Part shown: positions 1 through 9,015 of the stretch, piece by piece
Numbering within the stretch: the stretch's first letter is position 1
Layout of the letters: each line of letters begins with the position of its first letter
Virus record (IMG/VR): IMGVR_UViG_3300047550_001730
Coordinates: 1 to 29,638 of that record
Strand: one strand, 5' to 3'
DNA length: 29,638 nt
Origin: a virus
Lineage: Duplodnaviria > Caudoviricetes
The notes under the pieces: generated by a model
The model's input: only the letters and a program-made list of their open reading frames with translations
Database searches by the model: none
Told to the model about the DNA's origin: nothing
Program-made: the position numbers and the translations under genes

Positions 1-67
1 CCACCCCGGACCCCACCCCGGACCCGTACCCGTACCCGCACCCATCCAAAGTTAAAATCCTTCGCAT
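1..67 (-). CDS. Gly-X repeat protein, partial (runs off the left edge)
   Basis: ATG at 67 reads MRRILTLDGCGYGYGSGVGSGV...; overlaps the stop of 52..366; absent from the ORF track because it is truncated. Confidence 0.6.
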   Translation of the reverse strand, partial: MRRILTLDGCGYGYGSGVGSGV

Positions 68-366
68 GATATTAGGTGGATGAGACTTTTAAGCGGAGCC
101 AATATAATCCCGCAGTCGTCCAGTTTGGTGTCTTTTAGCGGTCCATTTCGCAATTCCCCCAGTCCTCTCGTCGTCCCGTAAACACGGATGTTTCGCGCAT
201 TTTCGATGCTGACCCAACCATCTCGGATTGTGACATTTCCGACGTAAACAAACCCGCGATCGAGCACGACAATTTGCTGCTCGGGGATGATTTGCTCCGC
301 CTGTTTTTCCGGTTTTTCTTGTCCAAACGCCACGTCGAGTAGCATTTTCATTAGTTCTTTATTCAT
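52..366 (-). CDS. Conserved phage hypothetical protein, DUF6948-like (104 aa)
   Basis: IVVLDRGFVYVG...IENARNIRVYGTTRGLGELRNGP pattern, recalled as DUF6948-like; followed by a Gly-repeat ORF. Confidence 0.65.
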   Translation of the reverse strand: MNKELMKMLLDVAFGQEKPEKQAEQIIPEQQIVVLDRGFVYVGNVTIRDGWVSIENARNIRVYGTTRGLGELRNGPLKDTKLDDCGIILAPLKSLIHLISCEGF

Positions 367-373
367 TTTTTAG

Positions 374-829
374 TTACTGTCTGGTTTGGTTTTTTGCCGC
401 TAATCCAGCGGCGAGGATGAGCACCGCATCCGCTGTGCTCAAAGTGATGTGGAGGTTTGGGAACCTGCGTTGTGCCTCCTCTTTAAGTCTGTTTTTCCAC
501 TTCCGTTGCTCCTCCCCGGTTCGCTTTGAAATGCCGATGACCTTCTGCCACGCCTTCGGTTGGACGAGGAGAAGACTGAAACCGATGGCCATCGCCACCC
601 CTTGGATAAACCCGACGTTGCGATGGAGCACCGCGAGCGAGGAGTGACCGGCCCCGAAGATGGCCTTGGCTGGCAACTCCATGCGGATCTCGCGATGGCC
701 CACCGCGTATAGGTTGCGGAGTCCCGCGAGGATGTCCCCATCGGTCTCTGGCATCTTGCAGCACTCGATGGCTCCATGCTCCATGTCGTATGCCCATCCG
801 CCGGCCACCCCGGGGTCAATGGCGATCAC
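374..829 (-). CDS. RuvC-like Holliday junction resolvase (151 aa)
   Basis: N-terminal IAIDPG, central ME, QPKAWQK and C-terminal ADAVLI motifs. GTG start at 829 overlaps the upstream stop (GTGA). Confidence 0.85.
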   Translation of the reverse strand: MIAIDPGVAGGWAYDMEHGAIECCKMPETDGDILAGLRNLYAVGHREIRMELPAKAIFGAGHSSLAVLHRNVGFIQGVAMAIGFSLLLVQPKAWQKVIGISKRTGEEQRKWKNRLKEEAQRRFPNLHITLSTADAVLILAAGLAAKNQTRQ

Positions 830-1116
830 TTGCCCCTCCTTTGCCAGTAGGCACGCATGCACTCAACTCGGCTGATTCGCGAGCAGGCCGAGCAATAGCG
901 TTGCCCCCGTTTGGATGGCTTGTCCCCGTTGCACCGGCGGCACCGTTTACTCGGCGCGAGCATGAGGTCCCCGTGCGGGGTCTCGATACGCTTGGTGACG
1001 AGGAGCCGTTGCGCGATGGACAGAGCGGCATCTTTGGCCGTGATGAGGGTTGCATGCTCCTCAGGCGAGACGAGGTACCACTCTCGGCCCTCGTGATGGA
1101 TGGTTTGCAGACTCAT
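826..1116 (-). CDS. Hypothetical protein with C-terminal zinc ribbon (96 aa)
   Basis: CRRC...CSAC pair; coupled by 4-nt overlaps on both sides. Confidence 0.7.
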   Translation of the reverse strand: MSLQTIHHEGREWYLVSPEEHATLITAKDAALSIAQRLLVTKRIETPHGDLMLAPSKRCRRCNGDKPSKRGQRYCSACSRISRVECMRAYWQRRGK

Positions 1117-1298
1117 TGCCCCGCCTCCTCTCTCGCGGCCTCAAGGACGTAGGTGATGCCGATGGCGGCCGAGACGAGGCCGAGCACGCCCACTGCGGCT
1201 GTCCATGCGTCCCACTCGAGGGTGCCGAGCAGGACAAAGTCGATGGTTGATAGAGCGAGGAGAATCTCGCCTTGGATGGTTTTTGATGTTGTTGTCAT
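1113..1298 (-). CDS. Small membrane protein (61 aa)
   Basis: Start moved to ATG 1298, just after the stop of the upstream gene; two hydrophobic stretches; ATGA overlap at 1113-1116. Confidence 0.65.
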   Translation of the reverse strand: MTTTSKTIQGEILLALSTIDFVLLGTLEWDAWTAAVGVLGLVSAAIGITYVLEAAREEAGQ

Positions 1299-1303
1299 GG
1301 TGA

Positions 1304-1792
1304 TTAAAAAAAGATTTCTTTCCCCGCTTTGAACACGCGGAACCCGTTGGTGCGTTTGCCTTTCTTGAAAGTCGTCCCGTCTTGGAGTGCAACCGTGACG
1401 AACTTTCCACCAGCATCGGTGATGGTCGCGTTCTCCTCTCGTCGCTCCTTCGCCATTGGGTGTGCACGAGTTCCGGACCACTCCAACCATTTGACGACAA
1501 CACCCTCGATGACCATCTCAGGTGCCTTTTTCCGGGATGCAATCTCGGCCTTAACCTGCGCCAACTGCTCTTGTCCCTCCTCGGTTGCGAGGTGCTCCGC
1601 GAGAGTTTCGAGGTCGTAATAGTCGGTCGAGTTGTACCAGCTCGAGGTGTGGTGCCATTCGGTTGTTCGTTGCAGTTTAACCCATGCAACAGGGACGCCC
1701 AAAAGGCGAGCGGTTGCGGTTGCGGGGTGACGCCCTCTTGCTTCGGCAGCGACAGCGTTGTTCGATTTTGAGAATCCAGAGTATCCGGCCAT
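1304..1792 (-). CDS. Conserved phage hypothetical protein (162 aa)
   Basis: MAGYSGFSKSNNAVAAE...EWHHTSSWYNSTDYYD, a motif pair recalled from uncharacterised phage proteins; A/C-rich leader before ATG 1792. Confidence 0.75.
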   Translation of the reverse strand: MAGYSGFSKSNNAVAAEARGRHPATATARLLGVPVAWVKLQRTTEWHHTSSWYNSTDYYDLETLAEHLATEEGQEQLAQVKAEIASRKKAPEMVIEGVVVKWLEWSGTRAHPMAKERREENATITDAGGKFVTVALQDGTTFKKGKRTNGFRVFKAGKEIFF

Positions 1793-1820
1793 TTTGTGAG
1801 GTAGGTTTGGGGTTTCGGGT

Positions 1821-2120
1821 TTAGACAGGGCGCACGTCCGAAAGGCGTGCGGAGGGAACGGGTTTTCCTGTCGCCTCAAAACGAATGTGGGCCTTGTACT
1901 TGTGGCCCTTACGTGTTTGAAGGCTGCGTCCCCATCCGCAATAGGTTGCGCGGACCAGCTGGCCGTCGAGCGTCCCGACGAATCCGAGGTAGCAGAAAGT
2001 TGCCTTGCGGATTTTGGCGTGGATGTACGTGTGCCCGAATGTTCGGGTATCCCTTATGTAAGGGAGGAGGTTGAGTATGTCTACTTCGACTTCGTAACCT
2101 TTGCTCTTTGTAGTCTTCAT
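1821..2120 (-). CDS. Hypothetical basic protein (99 aa), first gene after the promoter
   Basis: ORF with an A/C-rich leader directly downstream of the promoter at 2172-2221. Confidence 0.6.
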   Translation of the reverse strand: MKTTKSKGYEVEVDILNLLPYIRDTRTFGHTYIHAKIRKATFCYLGFVGTLDGQLVRATYCGWGRSLQTRKGHKYKAHIRFEATGKPVPSARLSDVRPV

Positions 2121-2171
2121 TGTCTTGGAGTTGTTGTTTCGTCTCGGGGTCTCCGCCCCTCAACTGCACCC

Positions 2172-2221
2172 AGTAAACTACAGTTCTCGTTTTCTGTCCA
2201 ACAGTTTTTTCATCTTTTTTT
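2172..2221 (-). promoter_or_regulatory. Sigma70-like promoter with UP element
   Basis: Minus strand: A-tracts (2205-2221), TGGACA (2200-2195), 17-nt spacer, TTTACT (2177-2172), in an AT-rich intergenic gap. Confidence 0.65.
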
Positions 2222-2255
2222 ATGCCCTGCAAACTCGTTGAGTTTGAGGAGCTTA

Positions 2256-2287
2256 CCGGTGCGGATGACCTCACTCATCCGCACCGG
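2256..2287. repeat. Perfect 13-bp inverted repeat / hairpin
   Basis: CCGGTGCGGATGA-cctcac-TCATCCGCACCGG; no U-tract on either side. Confidence 0.85.
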
Positions 2288-2372
2288 ACAACCCAGACAA
2301 CCGGCGTATGCAACCGGATGAACGTAGAAGAATCGTCCCACACGAAACCAAGCCCGTCAACCGTCGCTTAAA

Positions 2373-2939
2373 TCATTGCTCCTCTAGGCTTTGCGAGAAT
2401 AGGACAATCTCCGAGAGGGAAGCGATGATGCGTTCCTTTTGGTCAACTGTAAGTTTCTCCACATCAACGCGTTGAACCCATCGGCGGAACGATTGCGCCA
2501 CCCTCTCCACTGTCGGCATCTCCTTGAGGATGGGCTGGTTAGACTGCTTGAAGCGATACTTGGTTTTGTTCCACTGAGTCTCCGGAAGTGCCAGCCACGC
2601 TTGTATTTCCGTCTGGAGCTTGGAGAGATTGGCCGACGTCATCCCTAGGTCGGTCGCGGCCTCGGAGAGATTGTGCCAACCGATGAGCGGTTGCAGATCG
2701 GCGGCGAAGCACAGAGCGACGGCCTTTGCTTTAGCGTCCCCGGGACCGAGCATCCACGCTAGGATCCGGTGCATGTGCGCGGCCGATGCGGCTGATGATG
2801 TCCTCTCAACGTGGTTGGCCAATTCTGCCTGATGCCAGTCGGCCATCCGTTGAGCGGTTGCGACTGGAATCCCGAATCGCTCGGCGAGTTGTTCGGCGGG
2901 GGTGTCGAGGTCCTCAGGTGTCCAGTCGGCGGGTTGCAT
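2373..2939 (-). CDS. Putative HTH DNA-binding protein (188 aa)
   Basis: HTH-like NLSEAATDLGMTSANLSKLQ and AEQLAERFGIPVATAQR segments. Confidence 0.6.
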   Translation of the reverse strand: MQPADWTPEDLDTPAEQLAERFGIPVATAQRMADWHQAELANHVERTSSAASAAHMHRILAWMLGPGDAKAKAVALCFAADLQPLIGWHNLSEAATDLGMTSANLSKLQTEIQAWLALPETQWNKTKYRFKQSNQPILKEMPTVERVAQSFRRWVQRVDVEKLTVDQKERIIASLSEIVLFSQSLEEQ

Positions 2940-2963
2940 TGCAACCCTGTACCACTCAAGCGG

Positions 2964-3569
2964 TCACAACGCACTCTCAAACAGGTCAGCTTCGGCGTCC
3001 CTGCGTTTTTGGAGACCCGTCGTGTTTGGCCAGAGTCGTTTCATCGAGCGGAGCAGCTGCGGGACGTCGTGCGTTCGGCCATCGCGGAGAGCATTTTGGA
3101 TCCCGAGCATCTCGGCTCGACGATCTCCAGAAAGCGCAGTGCCACGGTTGAAGACGAGCGAGAGCAGTGCATCCCGAGCGGGTTCCGGTAGCGTTTCCGC
3201 CTGTGGATAGATGCGGAGGAGTTGCAGGTAGAACCTCGGGACGGTGATGCGCTCGAACACGTCCAGAGCCTTTTCCCACGGCACTTCGATGTCTCGCACC
3301 ATCGGCCTTGAGGACAGCCACAGTCGCGCACTCTCTCCACGGATGCCGATTGCTCCCATCAAGAGTTCGAGACTGATGTTGGACAATGTGCCCCACGCCT
3401 CTCCCACTTGACTCTCGGAGTTGTATCCGAGGTCAAATCCGACGCCAATCGTCACACCTGATTGCTCCCCCGGCCACGTTGGCCGAGATAGAAATTTCCG
3501 GTAATACGGTTCGCCACCGCCGACTTCGTAGTCGAGAAGCAGCTTTCGGCCTTGGTCTGAAAGGGTCAT
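2964..3569 (-). CDS. Endolysin, GH24/pesticin-like lysozyme (201 aa)
   Basis: YE near the N-terminus, SGVTIGVGFDLG, LLSLVFNRG and GLQKRRDAEADLF motifs. Confidence 0.88.
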   Translation of the reverse strand: MTLSDQGRKLLLDYEVGGGEPYYRKFLSRPTWPGEQSGVTIGVGFDLGYNSESQVGEAWGTLSNISLELLMGAIGIRGESARLWLSSRPMVRDIEVPWEKALDVFERITVPRFYLQLLRIYPQAETLPEPARDALLSLVFNRGTALSGDRRAEMLGIQNALRDGRTHDVPQLLRSMKRLWPNTTGLQKRRDAEADLFESAL

Positions 3570-3739
3570 TTTAAGTCTCGGTAGAGTTGGACGATTTTCA
3601 GCACCGTATAGACCAGTGCTGCCAATGCGGCACCGATGCTGACCAGCTGATGCACCTCAGTCAACCCGAGCATCAGCGCGGCGAGATTGACGCTTGGCAC
3701 GACGAGCAGGTCGTGCGGGTTTGAGTGGTCGAAGTTCAT
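3566..3739 (-). CDS. Small holin-like membrane protein (57 aa)
   Basis: Hydrophobic segments with a charged C-terminus; ATGA coupling to the endolysin. ATG 3739 chosen as start. Confidence 0.6.
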   Translation of the reverse strand: MNFDHSNPHDLLVVPSVNLAALMLGLTEVHQLVSIGAALAALVYTVLKIVQLYRDLK

Positions 3740-4046
3740 CGGTTTTCGTAGGTTGATTGTGACGGACAAAAGTTTGGAAGTGCCAGACGGCAGCTAGGAC
3801 GAAGGTGAGCCCGAGTCCGAAGTTGAGAATGATCTCCGAGATCGGAGGCGTGGAGAATGTGACGATGTTGAGCACTGCCCCAACCGATACGAGCGAAAGA
3901 CCGAGCTTCATCAGCTTGGCGATCTTGGGCGACTCGTAGATCTTTGACTCGGGACGGCCAAAGACGAACAGGACGAACGCAATCCCGCCCAACGCGATCA
4001 GCGCGTTAGCGGCTCCGTTTGCGAGGGTGAGCAGGTTCGGGTTCAT
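3657..4046 (-). CDS. Membrane protein with 3 TM segments (129 aa)
   Basis: Three hydrophobic helices; its basic tail lies in the overlap with the next gene. Confidence 0.7.
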   Translation of the reverse strand: MNPNLLTLANGAANALIALGGIAFVLFVFGRPESKIYESPKIAKLMKLGLSLVSVGAVLNIVTFSTPPISEIILNFGLGLTFVLAAVWHFQTFVRHNQPTKTDELRPLKPARPARRAKRQSRRADARVD

Positions 4047-4335
4047 GGTGTTCGTCTGTGATGGAGTGCGGGATCAGTTTGCGGCTCGCGAACTCGACGG
4101 CTCGAAGACCAACGAACCCGAGTAGGAAGGCGATGGCGTACTGCGTGCGCTCCCCCTCAACCTTGACCAACTGCACCACGACAGGTGTCAGGTAGTTCGC
4201 AGCTGCGGCACCGGCCACGAGTGAGGAGATGGTGCTGCCGAGGTTGCGTGCAGCGTTCTTTCCCGTCGTCAGGACGGCTCCGAAAAGACCGGCGCAGAGA
4301 AATGCGATGTCGATGCCGTACTCCTTGAGATTCAT
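4006..4335 (-). CDS. Holin-like membrane protein (109 aa)
   Basis: AGLFGAV, LVAGAAAANYLTP and IAFLLGFVGL hydrophobic segments; ATGA overlap with the upstream gene. Confidence 0.7.
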   Translation of the reverse strand: MNLKEYGIDIAFLCAGLFGAVLTTGKNAARNLGSTISSLVAGAAAANYLTPVVVQLVKVEGERTQYAIAFLLGFVGLRAVEFASRKLIPHSITDEHHEPEPAHPRKRSR

Positions 4336-4817
4336 TTTTTCTCCGGTGGCCTCCCGAGGTTCGCGGCACTGCCGTAGTAAAACGAGACGACCATGCCCCA
4401 GGAGGTTGCGAGCGAACCGATGAGCATGGTGATCCCCGCGTTGTCCCAGAGATCAAAGTGTCCGGTCAGGAGACCCGCGAGCACTCCGAAGAATCCGGTC
4501 GTGATGACGAGAGCCAGCACGGCAGGCACGCGGCTGTTGAGTTTGGCTTGCATCGCCCTCGCGCTGTCTCTGTCCTGCGTGGCCAGTCTCTCAAGGTCGA
4601 TGTCGAGTTCCCGCATCCGTACCTTCAGTTGCGCGTCCGCTTCGCGTAAGGCCACGATCTGCGCGTCTGTGAGCGTGTTTCCTTCGAGAGCATCATGCAC
4701 CTTGGCAATGGTTGGTTCGCTGATTCCGATGGCTTTGCCAACGGCCTCGACAGCCATGCCTCCGAGCGGGCCACCAATGACCCGCCCGATTGTCGGAAGT
4801 AATGATTTCCAGTCCAC
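4332..4817 (-). CDS. Holin-like protein, GTA 3TM-holin type (161 aa)
   Basis: IGGPLGGMAV N-terminus, coiled segment with DRDSARAMQ, two C-terminal TMs ending VVSFYYGS; GTG start. Confidence 0.75.
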   Translation of the reverse strand: MDWKSLLPTIGRVIGGPLGGMAVEAVGKAIGISEPTIAKVHDALEGNTLTDAQIVALREADAQLKVRMRELDIDLERLATQDRDSARAMQAKLNSRVPAVLALVITTGFFGVLAGLLTGHFDLWDNAGITMLIGSLATSWGMVVSFYYGSAANLGRPPEKK

Positions 4818-4833
4818 ACCCTACTGTCCGCCA

Positions 4834-5979
4834 TCAACTGAGCGGCGAGTAGTCGAGCCCGTAACCGACGGTCCACGGCCTGTTGTGATCCTCGTACCAC
4901 CCCGCGCCGCTGAACACGTCGCGGAAGTCGGCAAACGCTCGCTCAAACTTTGGCCTCACCGCGTCGAGGGAGAAGTTGGCCTGAGCGAATGCCACCATCT
5001 TCGCTCGGTCGATGCGGTAGCCGATCCGGATGGCTCGCAGAATGTCGCCCATCGTGGAGCACCGGAACCCGTTGACGCCATCGACGATGTACTCGGTCAT
5101 GGCTCCCATGTCTGAGCAGATTGGAACGCACCCCGAGAGCATCATCTCGACAGCGGTCCCGCCAAACGGCTCCCAATAGGTGGAGAGGAGAAACCCGAAC
5201 TGAGCCTTGGCCATCAACTCTTTGCGCTCCTCGATGCCAGCATACCCAACAAAGTCGACGTGCTCCGGCCATTCCTTGAGCCCGATGCCCTCGGGGCCTC
5301 CTTGGCCAGCAACCTTGAGCCTGATTCCCATCCGCTTGCACGCATCAATGGCGATGTCCAAGCCCTTGTTGGTACCAAGTCGGCCAACGAACATCGCGTA
5401 GTCCTCTCGCTCTTGCGTAGCGTCGAAGTTGCGCGTGTCGAAGTAGTTCGGGACCACTCGCCAATACCACTTTGGATTGCAGTAGGAAACGCCCTCAGTG
5501 CCCACGAATGCCGAGCGGAGCGGATACGACTCGTAACAGCGAAAAGGAGCGAACGCATGGCCACTGCCGATGCCCGGCTCAACGATGATCAAGTCCTTGT
5601 CAGCGTTGGCAATGTGGGTGGCCTCCTGCGTGCCTCCCCAGAATGCCAGCACGATGTCGCCTTTCTTCTTCCGTCGCTTGATTGCCTCTCCTGCGATGAG
5701 ATTAAAAGCCTTGTGCGCTAGGTCTTGTGACGAGTGCTTAAACTGGTTTCTCCTCCAGTCGTAATCGCCGTAGGTCTCTTGCAGGATGTCACGAGAGGTC
5801 ACGTTGACGTGCTCGTGAGCGGCGGTGATGGAGTCTGGGTGTCCGTAATGAATCGTGCGGTACTCGCTCGAGTCCTTGAACATCTCAAGGAACTTCAAGA
5901 CTTTCTGGGTGAAGGCACAAGCGGAGTAGTCGGGATGCGTGACGGTGTGCGGAACCCCTAAGCAGTGGAGAGTTGTCAT
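4834..5979 (-). CDS. Glycosyltransferase, GT4 / GT-B fold (381 aa)
   Basis: FVGRL...KGL, EPFGGTAVEMMLSGCVPI (EX7E) and EYIVDGVNGF motifs. ATG 5979 chosen as start. Confidence 0.9.
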   Translation of the reverse strand: MTTLHCLGVPHTVTHPDYSACAFTQKVLKFLEMFKDSSEYRTIHYGHPDSITAAHEHVNVTSRDILQETYGDYDWRRNQFKHSSQDLAHKAFNLIAGEAIKRRKKKGDIVLAFWGGTQEATHIANADKDLIIVEPGIGSGHAFAPFRCYESYPLRSAFVGTEGVSYCNPKWYWRVVPNYFDTRNFDATQEREDYAMFVGRLGTNKGLDIAIDACKRMGIRLKVAGQGGPEGIGLKEWPEHVDFVGYAGIEERKELMAKAQFGFLLSTYWEPFGGTAVEMMLSGCVPICSDMGAMTEYIVDGVNGFRCSTMGDILRAIRIGYRIDRAKMVAFAQANFSLDAVRPKFERAFADFRDVFSGAGWYEDHNRPWTVGYGLDYSPLS

Positions 5980-6024
5980 CCTCTCCAGCCTAGGGGTTGA
6001 GTCTCTAGGCAAGCCAGCCCGCTT

Positions 6025-9015
6025 TTACTGAGAGGCGCGCACCTTGAGCGTTCCGCTCGCGAGGTCGATGGTGGATGCGGTGTCGTTGCGGAGTTGCACG
6101 GTCACCGTGTTGGCCGAGGAGACAAAAGCGTTGATCGTTAGTCCAGTGTTGCTCGACAAAGTTGCCTGCGCGAAGTGGCTAGTCAACGCACCAGTGCACG
6201 TGACGGTTGTGGTCGTCGACGCGCCAGCTGCGAGCGACGGCGCGTCGTACGTTGCTGAGCCCGTGAAAAACCCGCCGACCTGAGTGGACCCATCCGAGAA
6301 TTTGATGCCCGTCGAGTCCAGGTTGAGCGCCACTGTTGCGTCCGGTGTCGTGCCGATGCCAACCCGTCCACTCGACGAGATTGCAAACCTTGTCGAGTCC
6401 GGCACCGTGTCGTCGTTTACGATCAAGCTGTTGCCTGATCCCAAGTTTGTGATCGTCACGCAATCGGTCGTCGCGGCCGTCGTGTTGAGAATCTCGAGCG
6501 TCGGTCCTGTTGAGAGTTGCTCAGCTTTTAGTGCAGCGTAAGCGGTCGATGCGATGGCGTAGAGCTTGGGTGCTGTTGCTGCGTTGGGATCCGTGCCCGT
6601 GCCGATGCCGACATTGCCAGCAACTGCGCCGATCGCCAGCGCCTCCACAACGGAGCCCTGCGCCGTCCCGGGAACCTCAAATGCAAGCCGCGGCTGACCA
6701 GACGCGTTCGACTTGAGTTTGACCGCACTGATCCACTCGTGGTTGTAGGTGCTGATCTGCAGTCCAAAATTTTGATTGTTCCCATAATCACCGGCGGCGA
6801 TGTCCACTTTCGCGGAAGGCGCGAGAGTCCCGATGCCGACATTGCCGAGCGTCGTGATTATAAATGGAGTGGAATCTGGGTTGGGCGAATCCTCAACAAG
6901 TAGAGTCGCACCGAGCCCTTGATTTGTGATGCGGACAGCGGCCGCGGTTGAGGACGTGTTGCTGATGTCTACCGTCAGACCCGAGCCCGTCCCTGTCGCG
7001 GATTGGGTCGCGGTCAACGATGCGACCGATCCCGTGGTCAACACCGAGAGCGATCCAGAAACCGTGCCCCCCGTGAGGGCCAGCGCCTGCACGGCTGCGG
7101 CGTTGAGGCCGGTGATTTGAGCGGTCGTGATGGCAATGGCGACGCTCGAGGCCGCGGTGGTCAAACCCTTTTCGTTGACCGTCACCTGCGCCACCGATGC
7201 GGCGCCTCCGTACTGCCCGCTCGTGAGCCCGGACAAAGTCTTGAGCGTTGCCGCTTGTGATCCTCCGCCGGTGCTCGTTGTGACGTCTCCGGTGAGTTGA
7301 GTGATGGCCCCCAAAGCGGTCGCGCTCAGTCCCGTCACCTGCGCCGTCGTGATCGCAATCGGAACGCTAGTCGCTAAAGTGGTGAGTCCTTTTGCGTTGA
7401 CCGTCACCTGAGCCACGCTCGACGCGCTGCCGTACTGGCCAGTTGTCAGGCCCGCCAACGTTGCGAGAGTCGCTGCCTGTGATCCACCGCCCGTGCTCGT
7501 GGTCACGTCTCCGGTCAACTGCGTGATGGCAGCCGGTGCAGTGGCAGTCCATCCGGTGTTCCCGGAGCCGGTTTGCTTGACGTAGAGCGTCGTGTTGGCC
7601 GCTCCATTGGTGCGGAGGAAAAGCGAGCCAACCGGTGCCGTGACCGCACCTTCCGGAGTGTTGGTGCCCGCGGTGATGGTCGGCCCGCTCGAACTGGTCA
7701 ACTTGAGCCCGCTGTTGAGTTGTTGCTGCGCAGTGAACTGGTTGGCCACCGACAAAGCAGCGGCTGTGTATTGCGTCGAATTTTGCCCGTACCACGTGAG
7801 GATATTGGAGGACGACAACCACGCTTCACCCCCGTTCGGTGCGCTCGGAGTGGCTGTCTGGCCTAGGTTCAGACGGCTCGGCGAATAGGTGAATTGCGTG
7901 ACCAGCGAGTTGATTTTCGTTTCGTAAGTCGCGTACGGCGCGTTGCTGTAGTTGTTCCCCTGCTGGTACAGCACGGAGCCCGCATCGCCCGTCACCACGT
8001 AGTTTGACGCGCCCGCAACCACCGTGAACGTCGAATTGAACACCCCAGCAACTGAGCCCGCGGCGATGGAGATGCCGTTGCCCGTCGTCGCGAGGTTTTG
8101 AAACGCGGACCATCCCATTGTGAGCAGCGCGGTGGCGGACGTGATGCTGATGGCGTTGGCGCCATTGGTGATGTAGTTGGACCACTTACACTCGACGTAA
8201 GGTGTTAATGCTCCGTTGGTTCCGCGCATCAAGATGGCACCAGTCCCAAACTCACCAGAGCACCGCTCGAGGTAGAGACTTCCGCCGTTAACGTCCCAAT
8301 GCGTGCCTCCGGATCCCGCGGTTGAGTTGGCCACGCTCCGCACGTTAGCAGCGCGGACTGACACGTTGGCGTTGATCTGCACGCCGACCACCGCCGTCGA
8401 ACTGTTGGAGTTGCCAACCATGCAGTCCTGCATGTGGACCAAGAACTTGGTCGACCCGTTGGCCGTCAGCGTGAGAACGGGGTTGGTGGTGTTGGTGTCG
8501 AAGCGTAAACCATTGAGCTCGAGGATGGAATCGCCAGCGGTCGCGGACCCTTGGCAGGTGTGGTAGCCGTTGATCCTCACGACGGACCCCTGCCCGTTGT
8601 TGCCTCCGGTCGACGCGAGAGAAACGCAGGGTTTGAGCGTCAGATTCTCGGCATACACGCCGGGCGGGATCAGGATCTGGGTCTGGTTGAGTCCGGTCGC
8701 GCCTGTGACAAGGTCGATGCATCCTTGGATGGTTTGAGCGTCCACCCCGACAACCTTTGTGTTTGCGAACGTCACCCCGCTTGAGGTCGGCTTGTCGGCA
8801 AGGTCGTTGTACGAGCCTGAGATGGCCACTGTTGCGAGGCCACTAATCTGCGCCGTTGAGTGCGTGTGGTTAGCCGCTGCGTAATCCGACGCGGCTGTCG
8901 TTGCAGCGGTCCCGAGTTCGAGAGTTGAGCGTGCGGCGGATGCGGATGCCGCCGTGATGAGCGCCTTTCCCGTCGTGCCCGCGTCCTTGAGTAAGCTGTT
9001 CGAAACCTTTGTCAT
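6025..9015 (-). CDS. Long tail fibre / tailspike protein (996 aa)
   Basis: Thr/Ser/Gly/Ala-rich; LGTAAT and [11 protein letters not shown] fibre motifs; beta-helix-like region starting TIQGCID...IPPGVYAEN; repeated GNVGIGT; internal tandem repeat. Confidence 0.85.
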   Translation of the reverse strand: MTKVSNSLLKDAGTTGKALITAASASAARSTLELGTAATTAASDYAAANHTHSTAQISGLATVAISGSYNDLADKPTSSGVTFANTKVVGVDAQTIQGCIDLVTGATGLNQTQILIPPGVYAENLTLKPCVSLASTGGNNGQGSVVRINGYHTCQGSATAGDSILELNGLRFDTNTTNPVLTLTANGSTKFLVHMQDCMVGNSNSSTAVVGVQINANVSVRAANVRSVANSTAGSGGTHWDVNGGSLYLERCSGEFGTGAILMRGTNGALTPYVECKWSNYITNGANAISITSATALLTMGWSAFQNLATTGNGISIAAGSVAGVFNSTFTVVAGASNYVVTGDAGSVLYQQGNNYSNAPYATYETKINSLVTQFTYSPSRLNLGQTATPSAPNGGEAWLSSSNILTWYGQNSTQYTAAALSVANQFTAQQQLNSGLKLTSSSGPTITAGTNTPEGAVTAPVGSLFLRTNGAANTTLYVKQTGSGNTGWTATAPAAITQLTGDVTTSTGGGSQAATLATLAGLTTGQYGSASSVAQVTVNAKGLTTLATSVPIAITTAQVTGLSATALGAITQLTGDVTTSTGGGSQAATLKTLSGLTSGQYGGAASVAQVTVNEKGLTTAASSVAIAITTAQITGLNAAAVQALALTGGTVSGSLSVLTTGSVASLTATQSATGTGSGLTVDISNTSSTAAAVRITNQGLGATLLVEDSPNPDSTPFIITTLGNVGIGTLAPSAKVDIAAGDYGNNQNFGLQISTYNHEWISAVKLKSNASGQPRLAFEVPGTAQGSVVEALAIGAVAGNVGIGTGTDPNAATAPKLYAIASTAYAALKAEQLSTGPTLEILNTTAATTDCVTITNLGSGNSLIVNDDTVPDSTRFAISSSGRVGIGTTPDATVALNLDSTGIKFSDGSTQVGGFFTGSATYDAPSLAAGASTTTTVTCTGALTSHFAQATLSSNTGLTINAFVSSANTVTVQLRNDTASTIDLASGTLKVRASQ
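7087..7530 (-). repeat. Two-copy 222-nt (74 aa) tandem repeat inside the tail fibre
   Basis: [22 protein letters not shown]...VAQVTVNxKGLTT...IAITTAQxTGL begins at 7530 and again at 7308. Confidence 0.85.

Noticed and set aside
1-45. Short C-rich repeats as a CRISPR array or telomere-like repeat
   Set aside because: No repeat-spacer structure; explained by Gly-X codons on the minus strand.
1909-2321. ORFs 1909..2274 (-) and 1887..2321 (+)
   Set aside because: They run across the promoter and hairpin and overlap the better-supported 1821..2120 gene.
5988-6010. GCCTAG...CTAGGC inverted repeat between the fibre and GT genes as a terminator
   Set aside because: Only a 6-bp stem on the coding strand and no U-tract.
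6025-7530. Possible diversity-generating retroelement or invertible fibre cassette
   Set aside because: No reverse transcriptase or invertase in the window; the repeat differences are in-frame and synonymous, not adenine-specific.
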